64,000 nt of DNA from Octopus vulgaris (GCA_951406725.2 OX597818.1:106826001-106890000); one strand, 5' to 3'. Counted from the stretch's first letter, positions 26,936-40,904 are shown. Made by a program: numbers and translations. The notes: generated by a model from the letters alone, not told the origin.

Positions 26936-28074
26936 TTTGCTAGACAAGAAATCTTTGAAAGGAGAAGGGGGGAATTGGAGGAGGGGATGATGAAGGTTAG
27001 AGTGTAACAGTGAGACTGGGAGACGGAGACAGATGTCTTGCTGTCGTGGCGGTACATGGTTACCCAGCTAAAGAGAGAGAGAGAGAGAGAGAGAGGGGGG
27101 AAGAGAGAGAGAGAGAGAAAGAAAGGGAGAGAGAGAGAGAGAGAGAGAGAAAGGGGGAGAAAGTTAACATGAAAGAAGGCAGAAACAGGATTTTTGCTGT
27201 AAAGGAGATTTATGGTTACCTAGCTGGAGGGAAGAGCAAGGGATGGAAGGAGAGAGGGAGAGAGAGACAGAGAGACAGAGAGTGATCAAAAATGAAGGTA
27301 GAAATAGGTGTGTTGCTGTAGTGGAGATACATGGTTACCGAATCAGAGGGAAGAACATGAGAAAAAGAGAGCGATTGGGAGGGGTAAGAGGTGGAGAAAG
27401 ATGGTGGCAAAGTGCCAAGGTATGTGTCTTAACTGAAATATCATCCTGTGCTTCAAACATTTCAAAAAGAAGATGACTATTACAAAAATTGGGAAGGGCA
27501 CCATTTTATTTGTAAACAAATATTTAAGTGTTTTTTTTTTGTTTCTAATCATTAAACAATATATTTGCAGCCTACAATCCAGCTCCATGTCAAACCGTCC
27601 AACCCATGCCAACATGGAAAGCAGATGTTAAATGATGATGATGATGATGATGATGACGAGTGTTCATAGAATTGATGTATAGTGAAACTGTACACCCCTC
27701 TTGGTAAAAAGTGGTAGTAGCCAACCAGCGGAAGTTTGAAGGTCGAGAGTACATGTAGACTGTGTTGATAGTAGTGTCTGTGCTGATATAGTAATTCTAC
27801 TGTGATACTGAGTGGATGTTATATTGATCCAACCTTTTGAGGATAATAACATTGTACAACTGGAGGTTTTTCAATGCAAGATAGAAACTTCCTATCGATG
27901 ACTTTGGAATATAACAATATCTCTCAGAGCAACAACCATCGTCAAAGACAGATACAACAATGGCAAAAAAATGCTTTACAAGAATGTATTGCTCTAGTGC
28001 ATGTCACATAAGATGGTTATTTTCTCTGTTATTCTGTGTGTGATTCTACGACATGTCTTGTGTGTTCATAGCTC

Positions 28075-28325
28075 ACAGTGGGCACAATTGCACATCAAAC
28101 AAGGCCATTTTCCTGAAGATAGCAGAGCCCTGTCTTCTTCAGAATTATCAAAATCTTAGTCTTAGCTAACTTTACCTTGAAATCTTTTGATTCTAGATTT
28201 AGCTTCCTTACTTGGAATCTCTTCTCTAATTCTATTATCAATTCGGCTGTAAGAACTAGATCATCAGTATATAAAAACTCATGTGGACAACTAATATTAA
28301 ACTCCTCTGTGGTGACCAGGCAGAG
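28075..28325 (-). mobile_element. RTE RT fragment
   Basis: TEEFNISCPHEFLYTDDLVLTAE..LESKDFKVKLAKTKIL (YADD-equivalent motif). Confidence 0.88.
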
Positions 28326-28630
28326 GAATACATCCAACTCAAAAACATTTTAGAATTACAATTTGCAAACAATTTTGCTACTTTCTCAAAGTTTTCATTG
28401 AGCAATGGAACATTCCCAACAAGAGTAAGAAAAGATCTACCCAATCTAATGTTTAAGGTTATCAACGATGTTGCTGGGGAGCACATGGAATCATATGATG
28501 TTAATTACTGGAATATTAATACTCTTATTTACACAGTTGCTGTTACTTTTAAAGAACACTTAGGAGAAATCTACGGTGAACAAAGTAATGAAATTACTAA
28601 ACAGAAACAACCAATATGGCAAACAACAAT
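28326..28630 (+). mobile_element. R4/Dong-like non-LTR ORF fragment
   Basis: NYWNINTLIYTVAVT..KQPIWQ resembles the pre-RT region of R4/Dong elements (recall, unverified). Confidence 0.45.
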
Positions 28631-29160
28631 GGAGGAGGTAGTGCTGCCCTGGTTCAAGAAGGTGGCTGCTGGAAGACCCTGTGTCAAGCAACAGGACTCT
28701 GCACCATGCAACACAAGCAGAACCCAGTCATGGCTAACATCTGGCCACCTAACTCCCCAAACTGCAACACCCTTGATTATTATGTGTGGACCACAGCTGA
28801 GCAAAAGACCAGGCCACCTAACTCCCCAAACTGCAACACCCTTGATTATTATGTGTGGACCACAGCTGAGCAAAAGACCAACAAAACTCCTTGTAACAGC
28901 AAAGATGAACTGAAGGCAAGGATTATGGCAGCATTCACCAACTTAAACAAGGAAACCATCCAGAAGAATTGCAGGAGATTCCAAAGTCATCTGGAGGCCA
29001 TGGTTGAAGCCAATGGCGATTTTATTGAATAAATTTACTCTTTAGTGTTTCGAGATATATTTCTGTGATTTTGGTAAATATATCTGTTAAAATGAGATGT
29101 TAGTGTTATTTTCATTTCTGCATAATTTAGACGACAGTTTTATTTGCTACACCTTCTACA
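28631..29160 (+). mobile_element. Tc1/mariner (maT/DD37D-like) transposase 3' fragment with a 69-bp tandem duplication
   Basis: EEVVLPW..QQDSAPC; WPPNSPNCNTLDYYVW..DELKARI..CRRFQSHLEAMVEANGDFIE*; identical units 28743-28811 and 28812-28880. Confidence 0.9.
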
Positions 29161-30344
29161 TGATATCATTTGATATGATACCATATATATCCCTTTATAC
29201 ATTTTGATTGTACATTATACAATAGCCAGATAGCAATTATGATCCTAGAAATCAGCCAAACATCTGTCATGTAACATGGAAGCAATGTCAATGTGACCAA
29301 CTATTTCATGTTGCCTGTGATTTCAAGGATTTAATTCAAATACGTTTTACTTAAAATAATTAATGCAGCTTTATTAAAGCGTTCCTATGTCCATCTTGAA
29401 GCCCTACAAAGTTGCATGACTTTCTATCAGGGTTCTGCTTCTAAATATTTGGCTTTGATGTATTCCTGACACTAAAATTCATTTGTGAACCTGAATGGTT
29501 CCTTTCAAGATGCATTTATGTCTATTATATTGCCATACACATGATGCATGAAATATCGGTTTATATGCTTGCATAGCATTGGGGCTTCTCTCTGTAATGG
29601 AAAGATGTGTTCAATAACTCATACTGTTATTCCTTGACTCAGCCATACGCGCCACTATTTAGGCACTCTTGTGTGTATAAGATCATGAATGCATGTGTAT
29701 GTGTGTATACACAAGCACACACACACACACACACATAAAAGTGTGTATGATGTTTCTACTTGCATGCATGTAGGCATATGTGAAAATATGTGTGCAACAG
29801 CATATATGTCTGGGTGATTGCATGTGTGTACATGTGTGCATGTGCATGTATGCATGCATGTGTGTATGTGTAAGTGTGTGTGTGTGTGTCGAGATGTAGA
29901 AATAGCAGAAAGTGTACCCAATACATATAGTCACAGAGTTTATTTGTTCAACTAAATCTGAACATTCCCTCAGCCTTTCTTTTTGTGTGATTCTTCAGGT
30001 GACAAAATGATGAATGGAAGAACTTGCTTAAGAGTTTTAGAATATGAAACAGCAAATAATTCGATCTTCATTGCTCAGCTTTTGTCTTGGGATAACAGCT
30101 AAAAAGAGAAGGGTGGAACGATTGGTGATTGAGATTAATCTCTGCTGAAAGAGTTTACTTGTCACTCTCAATGGAAATAAGAATTGGTGATGCCTAATTA
30201 CTGGATGTAACACTATGCAGTGGTGAGTCAGGATGGCATGACCAACGAATTGTGTGTGCAGTGATAATACAACGGGTGATTATCCAATAACCCTTACAGT
30301 GTTTTCACACATGCAGCATTTTAGCATTTTTGTTCAACACAGAT

Positions 30345-30505
30345 GCAAGCATGTCTCTGTGCTAATAAGTTGCCTTTCTAATGACATGGTTCCAGGTTCA
30401 GTCCCATTGCATGGAACTTTGGACAAGTGTCTTCTGCAATAGCCTTGGGTCAACCAAAGCCTCGTGAGTGGTTTTGCCAGGCAAAAAGGGAAAGAAGCCC
30501 ATCAC
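30345..30505 (+). mobile_element. CORE-like SINE 5' half
   Basis: GGTTCCAGGTTCAGTCCCATTGCATGG..GGACAAGTGTCTTCTG. Confidence 0.7.
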
Positions 30506-30526
30506 ACACACACACACACACACATT

Positions 30527-30685
30527 GATAAAAATGGTAAGACAACAAGAGAATGAAAGAGACCTCGATATTATGTAAACAGAGGAATTTATCTGTAAAT
30601 GCAATATGTGACAATTATTCGGTAGCCATGATAAAACTCCGAGTTTTATCATGGCTACTGAATAATTGTCACATATAACATTTAC

Positions 30686-30690
<5 letters not shown>
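30527..30690. mobile_element. Fold-back mini element next to (TA)n
   Basis: Arms 30590-30639 / 30641-30690 with 3 mismatches, 1-nt apex, unpaired tail 30527-30589; flanked by (CA)n and (TA)n. Confidence 0.75.
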
Positions 30691-30721
<31 letters not shown>

Positions 30722-31069
30722 TAATTTAAGTTCTTCTTGAGGCAGAGTTCAAGCTGGTTGCTAACAAAGTGAGGACATTTATTGAGTTGAGTTCCAAGTG
30801 TTTGTAAATATGTGATGAGTCGGTGCATTGGTTGCACTGTTGGTGCAGACACCAAAATATGTGCATCTGTTTATTCACATAAGGATCTCACATGGAAAAT
30901 TTTTGGAATGTCTTACAGATCCTCATTGTACCACTAATAACTTGAAACTGGAGAATCTCCATCAGTTTCCCTTGTTTTTTTTTTTTTGTGAAACCAAGTA
31001 TTTCTAGGTTTTGCTGCAAATTTTTTGGTATACAGCCTAATGCACCTACAATGATAGGTCATCAGCATT

Positions 31070-31395
31070 ATCATTTAACGTTTGTTGTTTATGCTGGCAT
31101 GGGTTGGACAGTTTGACCATGGTTGGCACACTGGAAGGCTGCACCAGACTCCAGTCTGATTTGGCATGGTTTCTATGGCTGGGTGCTCTTCCTAACACCA
31201 ACCACTCCAAGAGTGTAATGGATGCTTTTACATGCCACTGGCACGGGAGCCATTTGTGTGACACCAGTATCTGCCATGACTGCAGTTTTGCTCGGCTTGA
31301 TGGGTGTCTTCTTCTCAAGCACGACATAATGCCAAAGGTCTCAGTCATTGCCTCCGTGAGGCCGAACACTTGAGAGGTGTTTTTATGTGCCACTA
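31070..31395 (-). mobile_element. RTE 3' end plus tail
   Basis: GLTEAMTETFGIMSCLRRRHP followed by the tail consensus. Confidence 0.85.
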
Positions 31396-32842
31396 ACACA
31401 CACACACACACATACACGCATGTTCACACTCTCTCTCACACACACACACATATCCATGCACACTCACACCTCCCTACATACATAGATGTAAATAAGTTTC
31501 CGATGGTGTAGATTACAATTATATTAGAATTTGTCAGAAAAATTTGTTGTTGAGAGAAGAGTTTTGGATAATTCACCTGTGTTGGCTTTGTTTTCTCATA
31601 ACTTTCAGAAAAATGGGTATTTTGTAATGAAATTTTCTACAAATACCTAGATACATGAAACATTTCACTTCATTCAATATATGGTTTTTAGCCATGACAC
31701 CGCTTAAAATTTTCATGATTCCTCTCTTTTCCACATTAACACCTCAGTTTTTTTTTTCATTGCTTTCTCTGTAATCTTGTCTGTTTTCTCTGAATGTCTT
31801 CACCATTCTGAGCTACTGTGGCAAATGTCCGCTACAGAGTCTAGCACTTGCTCCTTCCTGCTCATTCCTGCCCCTTCAGACTGCATAGCTTGATTTATTA
31901 CCCAGTCAATCACCAGCAAGTTTAATAAAATTACAAATCGGCAGCAATATTGATTTCAATCATTCGGTATTTGATGGGCTTGGATGGAACTGTATTTTTG
32001 ACTTGTTTTATTTTAAGAAGTTAATGCTGGAATAAGATATGAAAAATACAAATCGAATATGCTGAAATGATGTTATTGAAGAAAGCTTGTCAAAAGCATG
32101 TCAATTGGTCTACTTAAAAGAAAAAGCAAAAATTGTAAAATAAAAGTGAGAAAAATGGAAGCCTATTTAACAGCATTTCCTGCAATGAAATGCAAGCTGA
32201 AAGGTTGTTACCAGATGTATCTTGTTACAAATCTAAATATGCACTTAGAATAAGTGATGCTACCTATCTGCACATTTAATAAGAAATTTATAAAAAAAAA
32301 AAAAAAAAAGAGAGCTAACTGGAATGTTGAGGATGGTGATGGCTTGAAATACCTTCAATTAAAACTATACATTAAATTGCTGAAAGGCATTGAGGCCTTA
32401 AATAAAATTCCACCAGAACGAGAGTACATGTCTTTCAGTATATTTCTTACTGTTAAAGTTGAATCCTGGTGATGTAAATAAAAACAGCAATAAAGGAAAT
32501 GAATAAATAAAATAGAAATAAAAATAAAATAGAAATAAAATAAAACAAATTGTTGTGAGATTCATTCTCTTCAATCTATTTAGTCACAAGCTGATGTTTG
32601 TTTGGTTTTTCTATTTTTTATTTTTTTTATTTTTTTATCTTTGCCATATTTTTTGTCACTAGAATATGCGGTCATACTGGGGCACTACCTGGAAGGATTC
32701 AGTCAAACAAATTGACCTTGGTACTTCTTTTTAGGTTTGGTACTCAGTCTATCAGTCACTTTTGCCAAATCAATATACATGCAGGCATGCATGAATACAT
32801 ACATGCATGCATGTATGCTTGCGTACATGCATGCATGTATAC

Positions 32843-32873
<31 letters not shown>

Positions 32874-33049
32874 CATACATACATACATACATACATACAT
32901 ACATGCATGCATAAATAGATACATACATGCTCATACACACACATGCACATACACACACACACACTCATATACACAAACATATACACATACATATGTACTT
33001 GCTTCTACATAGCTCTCCCTTTCATACTGGGCATGGCCATTTCTCTAAT

Positions 33050-33570
33050 GGTAGCAGGGTTCCGGTTTTCATTCAAATTAAACTTTAGTCTTTCCCTAAG
33101 AGTCCATTAAGGCCTCTTGAGTCTAGAACTTTCAGTTTGTAATGTTTTCTCTAAATCTTCCACATTTATTAGACGTTACCCTTCAGCCTACGGAAGTTCC
33201 CATAACTGTTGCTGAACACCTTTACCATGACTTGACTGATGACTGAGTTTTGTTGGATCTCTCCTGCATGCTAAATTTATTATTACTGTACACAGGGCTT
33301 CCTCCACATTTCTTGTACTACATCCATAACCAACATGTATCCTAGCAATATCATCAAGGTACTGTTCAACATGTCCATCAAAATTGTCTACCATAATAAT
33401 AAGATTTTGGTAATTTGTTCTAGAATGAACATTTGAAACAATATGATAACAAAAAACATTCTTCCATACTCTACCAACATGGAGGTAACCTGGGTCAACT
33501 TGACATCTGCATCTTATCCAAACACCCAAAGGACTCAACACTCAGGCCTCAGGCAAATATGGGAGTATGT
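33050..33570 (-). mobile_element. RTE endonuclease-region remnant
   Basis: DNFDGHVEQYLDDIARIHVGYGCSTRNVE resembles the RTE GDFNGHVG..HGGYG.G.RN.E motif. Confidence 0.65.
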
Positions 33571-33707
33571 CCTCATAAATGAAAGTTCCACAATACTAAA
33601 TAGGAAATATACATAGTAGATATCATATTCCCATACCCACAGTTTACACAGGTAGAATAGAATAGTTAGTGGGCTGTTATGTAGATAGATGTATGTATGT
33701 AGGGGTG

Positions 33708-33760
<53 letters not shown>

Positions 33761-34692
33761 ATATGCACATGTATGTAAACATATGGATATGAGAGTAAAC
33801 AGATTAACATACAGACGGATAGTTACGTAGGTTATATGAACAGACAAGCACACATACACAAATGGAGACTGAAGCACATGACCATATATACACACAAGGA
33901 CACATATGGAGACAAACGTTCACGCATATGGAGATACACATCCATACATACAAACACGGTACATAGTTGCAAAACACACACACACACACATACACACATA
34001 CACACACGAGGAGACAGAGGTACGCACAGAAACACATACATAAAAACACACAAACAAGGACATGCCAACATATGAATATGCAGAATACATACATGCAAAT
34101 GTACACACATACATACACAAATACATGCATACACACACAAGCATGCATACATACATACATGCATGTATAGTCACACACACACTAACCCACACACATATGC
34201 ACAAACAAACAAAAAGGAACGCAGTGTGAATGACAGAGTCAAAAGTACTGAAAAGGTTGCAAGACGCAACGAAAATTTTAGGAAAATTAAGAAAGAAATA
34301 AGTGGAAATTTTACCAGTGTGTGTGTTAAATTATAAGGTACCAAAAGGTTTTAGATATTAATTAAGGAGATTTAGAAGATCTTTTAATGAGGAGATTCTC
34401 AGTAAATAAGGCATTAATTGAATCACATACCAAAATCTTTAAAATACAGTGAAAGGGAGGCAACCAAGATGTAAGCTTCTAAAAATAGAAATATTTAAAT
34501 TTAGTATTAAGAGTGAAGTGTAGTTATATGGGGTATAATAATTTAGGCTGGTTAGAGGTGATATTTATAATATTGAAAAAGGATTAGGTGGAGAAGAATT
34601 CTCGCAGAAATAGATATAGGAATTACCAAATCTTTAAAACTTATTATGGAGTAAGTATACAACTTAATAACTTCATTAGATATATTCAACTG

Positions 34693-34788
<96 letters not shown>

Positions 34789-35718
34789 GAACAAGGTATA
34801 ATTGAAACAATTGTAGGTCTGGTCTTGTCAGTGTCATAAAGATCACTTTGATTCTGTCAATGTTGTTGTTATTGGTGTTATTATTGTCATACTACTTTTG
34901 TATTTGGGCTTGTATCTCACTGAATCTGATAATTTGATTGGTGGAAAGTAATATACATCGTATACCCAGAAAATTAAAAAAAAATGTAACTGGACTTAAT
35001 CGTATTCCACCTGAAGAAATACCCACACACAGCTGTTGCTGGAAAATATTCAACTATAAGAATAATCGTGTATAATGGTCTGTGAATATAAAACTGGTGT
35101 GTGGTGCAGAAACAAATGTTGTGATCTACTCTCAAAGCCTGATATCTTCCATCCACGTATTATGCCATTCTTATAGATACATCCTGGAACTAGTAAATGT
35201 GACTTGTTTAGAAGAATTTTACCAAATTTTTACATCTAAGGGTAATATAATAAATTCTAGACAAGAACAAGCTTTAAGACACTTGCGCATGAGAAAATTT
35301 ACTTTTGCTCAGTATAAATGAGTAATAAACATTTAAACAACAGAATGTTTTGAAATAATGGGCTCCAAGTGACCATCCAATCAAAACTTGAATTGAAGAT
35401 AATTCAAGTCTAAAGTAACAAACAACTCTGTAGAATCAATGCTGAGTTGATAAATGGAAAGCTTTGAACAGTGAAGTCATAGATTATTAAAGTGAAGACC
35501 CTAAAGATAGTGCACTGGGATTATGGTAGGGATGCAATTGTAATGGTTGCTATTTGATGCAGTTGAAACATGTGTAGGTCTATGCAAAGCTGTTTATATA
35601 GAAAGGAATTAAAGGTAAGGCTATGTCACTTCGTAATAACCCTTATTACTACAGATATTATATACTGCAGGAAACGTATATGGTTAAGGTAATATATTTA
35701 AAACTATTCAATAGAATA

Positions 35719-36605
35719 CATGGTCTGATCAATAAGTATCCGGACTGTTGCTATAGTAACGAAGCTAAAGCATGGAGAGTAAAACAGCTTGGCACAGATT
35801 GACCTTGAACTCTTCTGTGCATGTGCACTAAGTTTTAATCATTTAGCTTATTTCTGCTGTTTACAGCAGTGCTTGGAAGGAAGGTGTGTAGTGTGTGATT
35901 GTCGCACTGACCGTGACAGAGAAAGTTGAGCAGAGAATCCGCATCAAATTTTGCCAAAAGCTTGGGAATACCTGCTTAGAGGCCTACGCAAAGTTTTCAA
36001 AACGTTTACATCATTCTCGACTCAGTCAATGAGATCTTGTGCAACTGAAACCCGAGTGTCTTTTTGGTCAGCTGAAAGCAGTTTTGGCACAAACCTGGCA
36101 GACACGCATCTTATACCCGAATCTTCAATGATAACGCACTGAACTGAACCATAACTAATCTGCACATCCTCTGACCACTCACAGATGGTGATTCACTGAT
36201 TTCTCCTCACAACTGCACGCGCATCTATAATGTTTTTCTCAGTTCTGCTGGTTGTAGGTCTCCCATAACATTCGTCAATATCAACATTTTTTTGACCATC
36301 TTGGAAATGTCTGAACCACTTGTGTGTGGCCCATACACTTCCCTCCATACACTTTCTGCAACTTTGTGTAGGCCTCTGAGCAGGTATCACCATGACAACT
36401 TTCTCTGTCATGGTCTTTGTGACAATGACACACTACACACCTTCCTTCCAAGCACTGCTGTAAACAGTGGAAGTGAGCTAGAATGTTAAAACTTAGTGTG
36501 CAGGCACAGCAGAGATCAAGGTGAATCTTTGCCAAGCGACTTTATTCCGTATTCTTTAACTTTGTTACTATGGCAACATTCCTGATACTTATTGATCAAA
36601 CCTCG
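35719..36605. mobile_element. mariner-derived element made of two inverted 5' ends
   Basis: TIR GGT(C/T)TGATCAATAAGTATC at both ends; inverted similarity extends ~250-280 bp into the ORF start (TEKVEQRIRIKFCQKLG on +). Minus strand continues KWFRHFQDG..GRPTTSRTE..VSARFVPKLLS. Confidence 0.88.
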
Positions 36606-36959
36606 TGTACCTCTATGAGAATTATTAGATTTATATATTAAATATTGAATAACCTATTTTGAATACTAAACTGTGAGCAAACCGATAAAAATTTGGAGAA
36701 ACCTCTTACTAATTACCTATATATATATATATATATGGAAGTCTGCTTACAATCTGAATTTGCTTTTTATAGAACTATCTTCGATACTTCATGAGTGTAG
36801 CCTCACCCACTAGGATGCTTGGAGAACTCATATATGTTTCGGCTGATGAGTATGGGACACTTGTATTTGCTGCAATATTTGCAGCTTTTAATAAAGCTGG
36901 TCTTCGTATGAAACAATTGTACTGAAAAACTAATCCATTCTTGTTGCTTTTTTCTTGTG

Positions 36960-37001
<42 letters not shown>

Positions 37002-37454
37002 ACCGGCACTGGTGTCTGACATGACTGTGACTTTACTTGGCTTGATGGGGCTTCTTCTCAAGCATGACATAATGCCAAAGGTCTTGACAAAAATTTTTTT
37101 CCTTAAATGCCCCTGCCCCTGTCATAATCCCTTGTCTCGTGAGTAACTTGTTTACCCTGCCAGTGCTGGTGCCATGTTAAATGCATCCAGTCCACACTGT
37201 AACGTGGTTGGCATTTGGAAGGGCATCTGGTTGTAACAATCATGCCAAAACTAACTTCACCTGTACTAGTGCCATGTAAAAAGCACTGAGTCTACTCTGC
37301 AGAGTGGCTAATGTCAGGAAGGGGACCCAGCCCCCAAATCCCCACCAAAACAGACACAGTAGCCTAAGGTAGTTTTCTACCTGGTTAGCTCCTGTCAACC
37401 ATTCTGCCCATGCATGCATGGATGGTGAACAATGATGTTGATGATGACGGTGGC

Positions 37455-38105
37455 TTCTTCCAATGCGCCAGAGAAAAAATTTGTTTGCTTGTTATCAGTC
37501 GTAAGACACTTGTTGTTTTCACCGTTAATGCTTCTGTATTTCATGTTTCTGTATTCCATTATTGTTTTTTGTTTTTTTATATCTGTCCCTTTTGCTGTCC
37601 TGGTGTTCGTATGCATTTGATCCTTCTTCCAGGAAATCTACGCTTCCAGTTTAGTTTTTCTAATGCTCGTTGCTTAGTTTTTCTTGGAGGGCTGGCCGTG
37701 ATCTATTCTTCCAATGCGCCAGAGAAAAAATTTATTTGCTTGTTATCAGTCGTAAGACACTTGTTGTTTTCACCGTTAATGCTTCTGTATTTCATGTTTC
37801 TGTATTCCATTATTGTTTTTTGTTTTTTTATATCTGTCCCTTTTGCTGTCCTGGTGTTCGTATGCATTCGATCCTTCTTCCAGGAAATCTACGCTTCCAG
37901 CTTAGTTTTTCTAATGCTCGTTGCTTAGTTTTTCTTGGAGGGCTGGCCGTGATCTAGTAATCTCAAGATTAATCAGCCGAAATTACTACGATGATCCGGT
38001 TCTTGACTGAAGACTGAGGGTTTCGAATGTCCTGTCCGTGTTTATTGTGTCGTCTTCTAAGAGTTATACGTTCTTGTCCATGTTGTATTTTTCTACATAC
38101 CTTAA
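37455..38105. repeat. 251-bp tandem duplication plus tail ending at (TA)n; possible PLE pseudo-LTR
   Basis: Units 37455-37705 and 37706-37956 differ at 3 positions by eye; followed by unique sequence to ~38105, then (TA)n. Confidence 0.85.
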
Positions 38106-38342
38106 TATATATATATATATATATATATAAATTTATATAAATAAGGATAAGCTCATTAATTTAAAATAAAATAACAATTTTATCAAGTGGCCAGTATGGA
38201 AAAAATAATCTTCAAAAGTAATAATTATTAAAATTATAAATTAGGGTATCTACATGTTGATATATGAAAATTAAGGTGGTTTTAGAGTCAGATCATGGAT
38301 GCTATTTTCAGCATAGTGGTATCTCGTAGATACCCTTATTTA

Positions 38343-38394
<52 letters not shown>

Positions 38395-38443
38395 CATGCA
38401 TATATATACATGCATATATATACATGCATATATATATACATGC

Positions 38444-38482
<39 letters not shown>

Positions 38483-39964
38483 TGCATGCACACGTGTATG
38501 CATGTGTGTGTATGTGTGTGAGTGTGTGCATGAGTTTATACACATGCACCCTTAGACACATAGACAGAGATATGTGTACATTTACATCTGTATACATCAT
38601 TCCTTCTCTGATTTGGCTGAAGCTGCTTTCCTGTCTGTCTGTCTGTCCTTAATCTAATGAGTTGCATCATTATGAAGTATTAACAGGGGAAATGTTAGTG
38701 TGAGAATTATTATTTGAATGAAATACTGGTGTGCAAGGATTTCCTATTTCGTAAGAAATCATGCTACCAAATTATTAATGATTCCTACTTCAAATGGCAC
38801 TCTTAATGCTTTGCATGTGACTCTTTCATTTGTTGGATTTTGTATGGAGTGATGAGAATGTTCCAAGTTGAGAAACTTGCCACAAATAGGAAGACACAAT
38901 GAAGAATATTTTAAACAGTTGAATTTCGATGCAATAATAAATTGAGGCAAGGATTGAGAAGTAGACCAAAATCTTTTACAGAATTCTGAAGACATTCAAC
39001 AATGTTGGTCAGAGAAGTGTTTGCTAATTGTGTACTCGAGTTCTGAGAAGTATAAGAACTCACAAGAGACCAAAGGTTCTGAGTCAAGTCCTCTGCTAAT
39101 GAACAAAATCAAATTGAAGTAATGATGAAACTGTATCAAGGGAATGGCAAATTGAATTTTAAAAAAATCAATAACTGTATCAATACAGATATGTTATGAA
39201 GCGAGGTTGATGGTGGTGGTGGCGGTGGCAGGGAGAATAGATCAAGGAATGCATGATGTAGAAACAAGACATAACTACAGAACCTTAGCAGTAGTACACA
39301 ACCCCCAATGCTTTGGTGGTGCTTAATTGCCAGATAACTTACCATTTATATTAATATTTCCATTTCCTTTTTTGTTAAATATTAAAATCGATATATCCAG
39401 TATATAATTTCATATTCATAATTTAAAAAAAAAAGGTTTTATTGAAGTAAAATATTGAAATTTACTTGATTGATATTAGTGTAATAATTAAGAAGATATT
39501 TTCTCATTGTTTCCATCTTATGTAATCACAAAGAAATGATTACTTCCATCAGAGGACTGCAATTCATTGAAGATTCAAATTACTTTTGAAAGTTGTTTTA
39601 TATAACTTAATTTTTTGAAACATATTTTATAATAGTCTCTTAATCATAAATGTATTATTAATCTACAGTTGTTTAAAAAAAATATGGGCACACACACTCA
39701 CATACACACACACAAATATATGCATTCATGCGTAGATGTAAAGAAATTGTAAAGGCATTTCATGCTCTGTTGCTTTCTCAGTGATCCTTTAGATTATAGA
39801 AACAATGCCACTCCTAGATCTAAGAAGGAGGCCGATTCTCTCTCTGTCACATTTTTGGTTTTGGTTTTATTTGAAGGAGGATTCTATTGCACACATTCTC
39901 CAGTATTAATAGAGAAAAATCCCTCCATATTCTCCAGTTTTTTGCTTGTCACCCATTAAATACA

Positions 39965-39984
39965 ACCCCCCCACACACATACAT

Positions 39985-40021
<37 letters not shown>

Positions 40022-40200
40022 CACATACATACATTCATACATACATACATATATACATACACACATACATACATACATACATACACATATATATATACAC
40101 ATACATACATACATACACACATACATACATACATACATACATACATACATACATACATACATAATACATACATACATACATACATACATACATACATACA

Positions 40201-40259
<59 letters not shown>

Positions 40260-40260
40260 G
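39965..40260. repeat. (CATA)n/(CA)n/(TA)n microsatellite
   Basis: Directly visible. Confidence 0.95.
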
Positions 40261-40264
40261 CAAA

Positions 40265-40829
40265 TGCAAGATCCCAGGATGGAGACTTAGGAAGAAGGTG
40301 AGCTTCAAGCAATCCATAGAAAATATTAAAAAAAATAGTTTGCAGGAACAAAAGTGGTTTATTGGGGTGGAAGGTTGTGGAATTTTTCCATATTTAAGTG
40401 CAAAAAGCTGAAAAAATTTATTTTATATTTCACGGTAGGCAGTCAGGGTTACCAGGTACATGAATAAAATCCAAGAGTTAAGGAACGGAGTAGATAAAAT
40501 CTGGGCTACATTAGTTTCATAGGGAGCACCACTTGGAAGGGGTTAAATGTATAGCAGGCCATTCTTCACGTCAAGGGCATCTTGATTAAATGAGGTTGAC
40601 ATTGTGGTTAGGAGGTCCAAACTAACAGACAGAGGATTCAATCGTTGGATTTGCATTCTGATTGAACCCATCATGTGTTAATATAAACTTCATTTCATCA
40701 AGATACCCTTGGCCTGAAGAATGGCCAGCGGTATACACGTCGCTTGGATATTTACCATTTCCAAGGTTCCAATAAGTATGAAACATATGTAGCCAAGATT
40801 TCATCTACTCCATCCCTTAACTCTTGGAT

Positions 40830-40830
<1 letters not shown>
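40265..40830 (-). mobile_element. CR1/L2-like LINE 3' remnant
   Basis: Homologous to 16065-16300; decayed coding-like sequence. Confidence 0.5.

Positions 40831-40904
<74 letters not shown>

Noticed and set aside
32050-32480. Possible hAT C-terminal remnant (EALNKIPPERE..FS)
   Set aside because: Single weak motif; not enough to call
37410-37957. 172-aa hydrophobic membrane-protein-like ORF
   Set aside because: Arises from a T-rich 251-bp tandem duplication read in shifting frames
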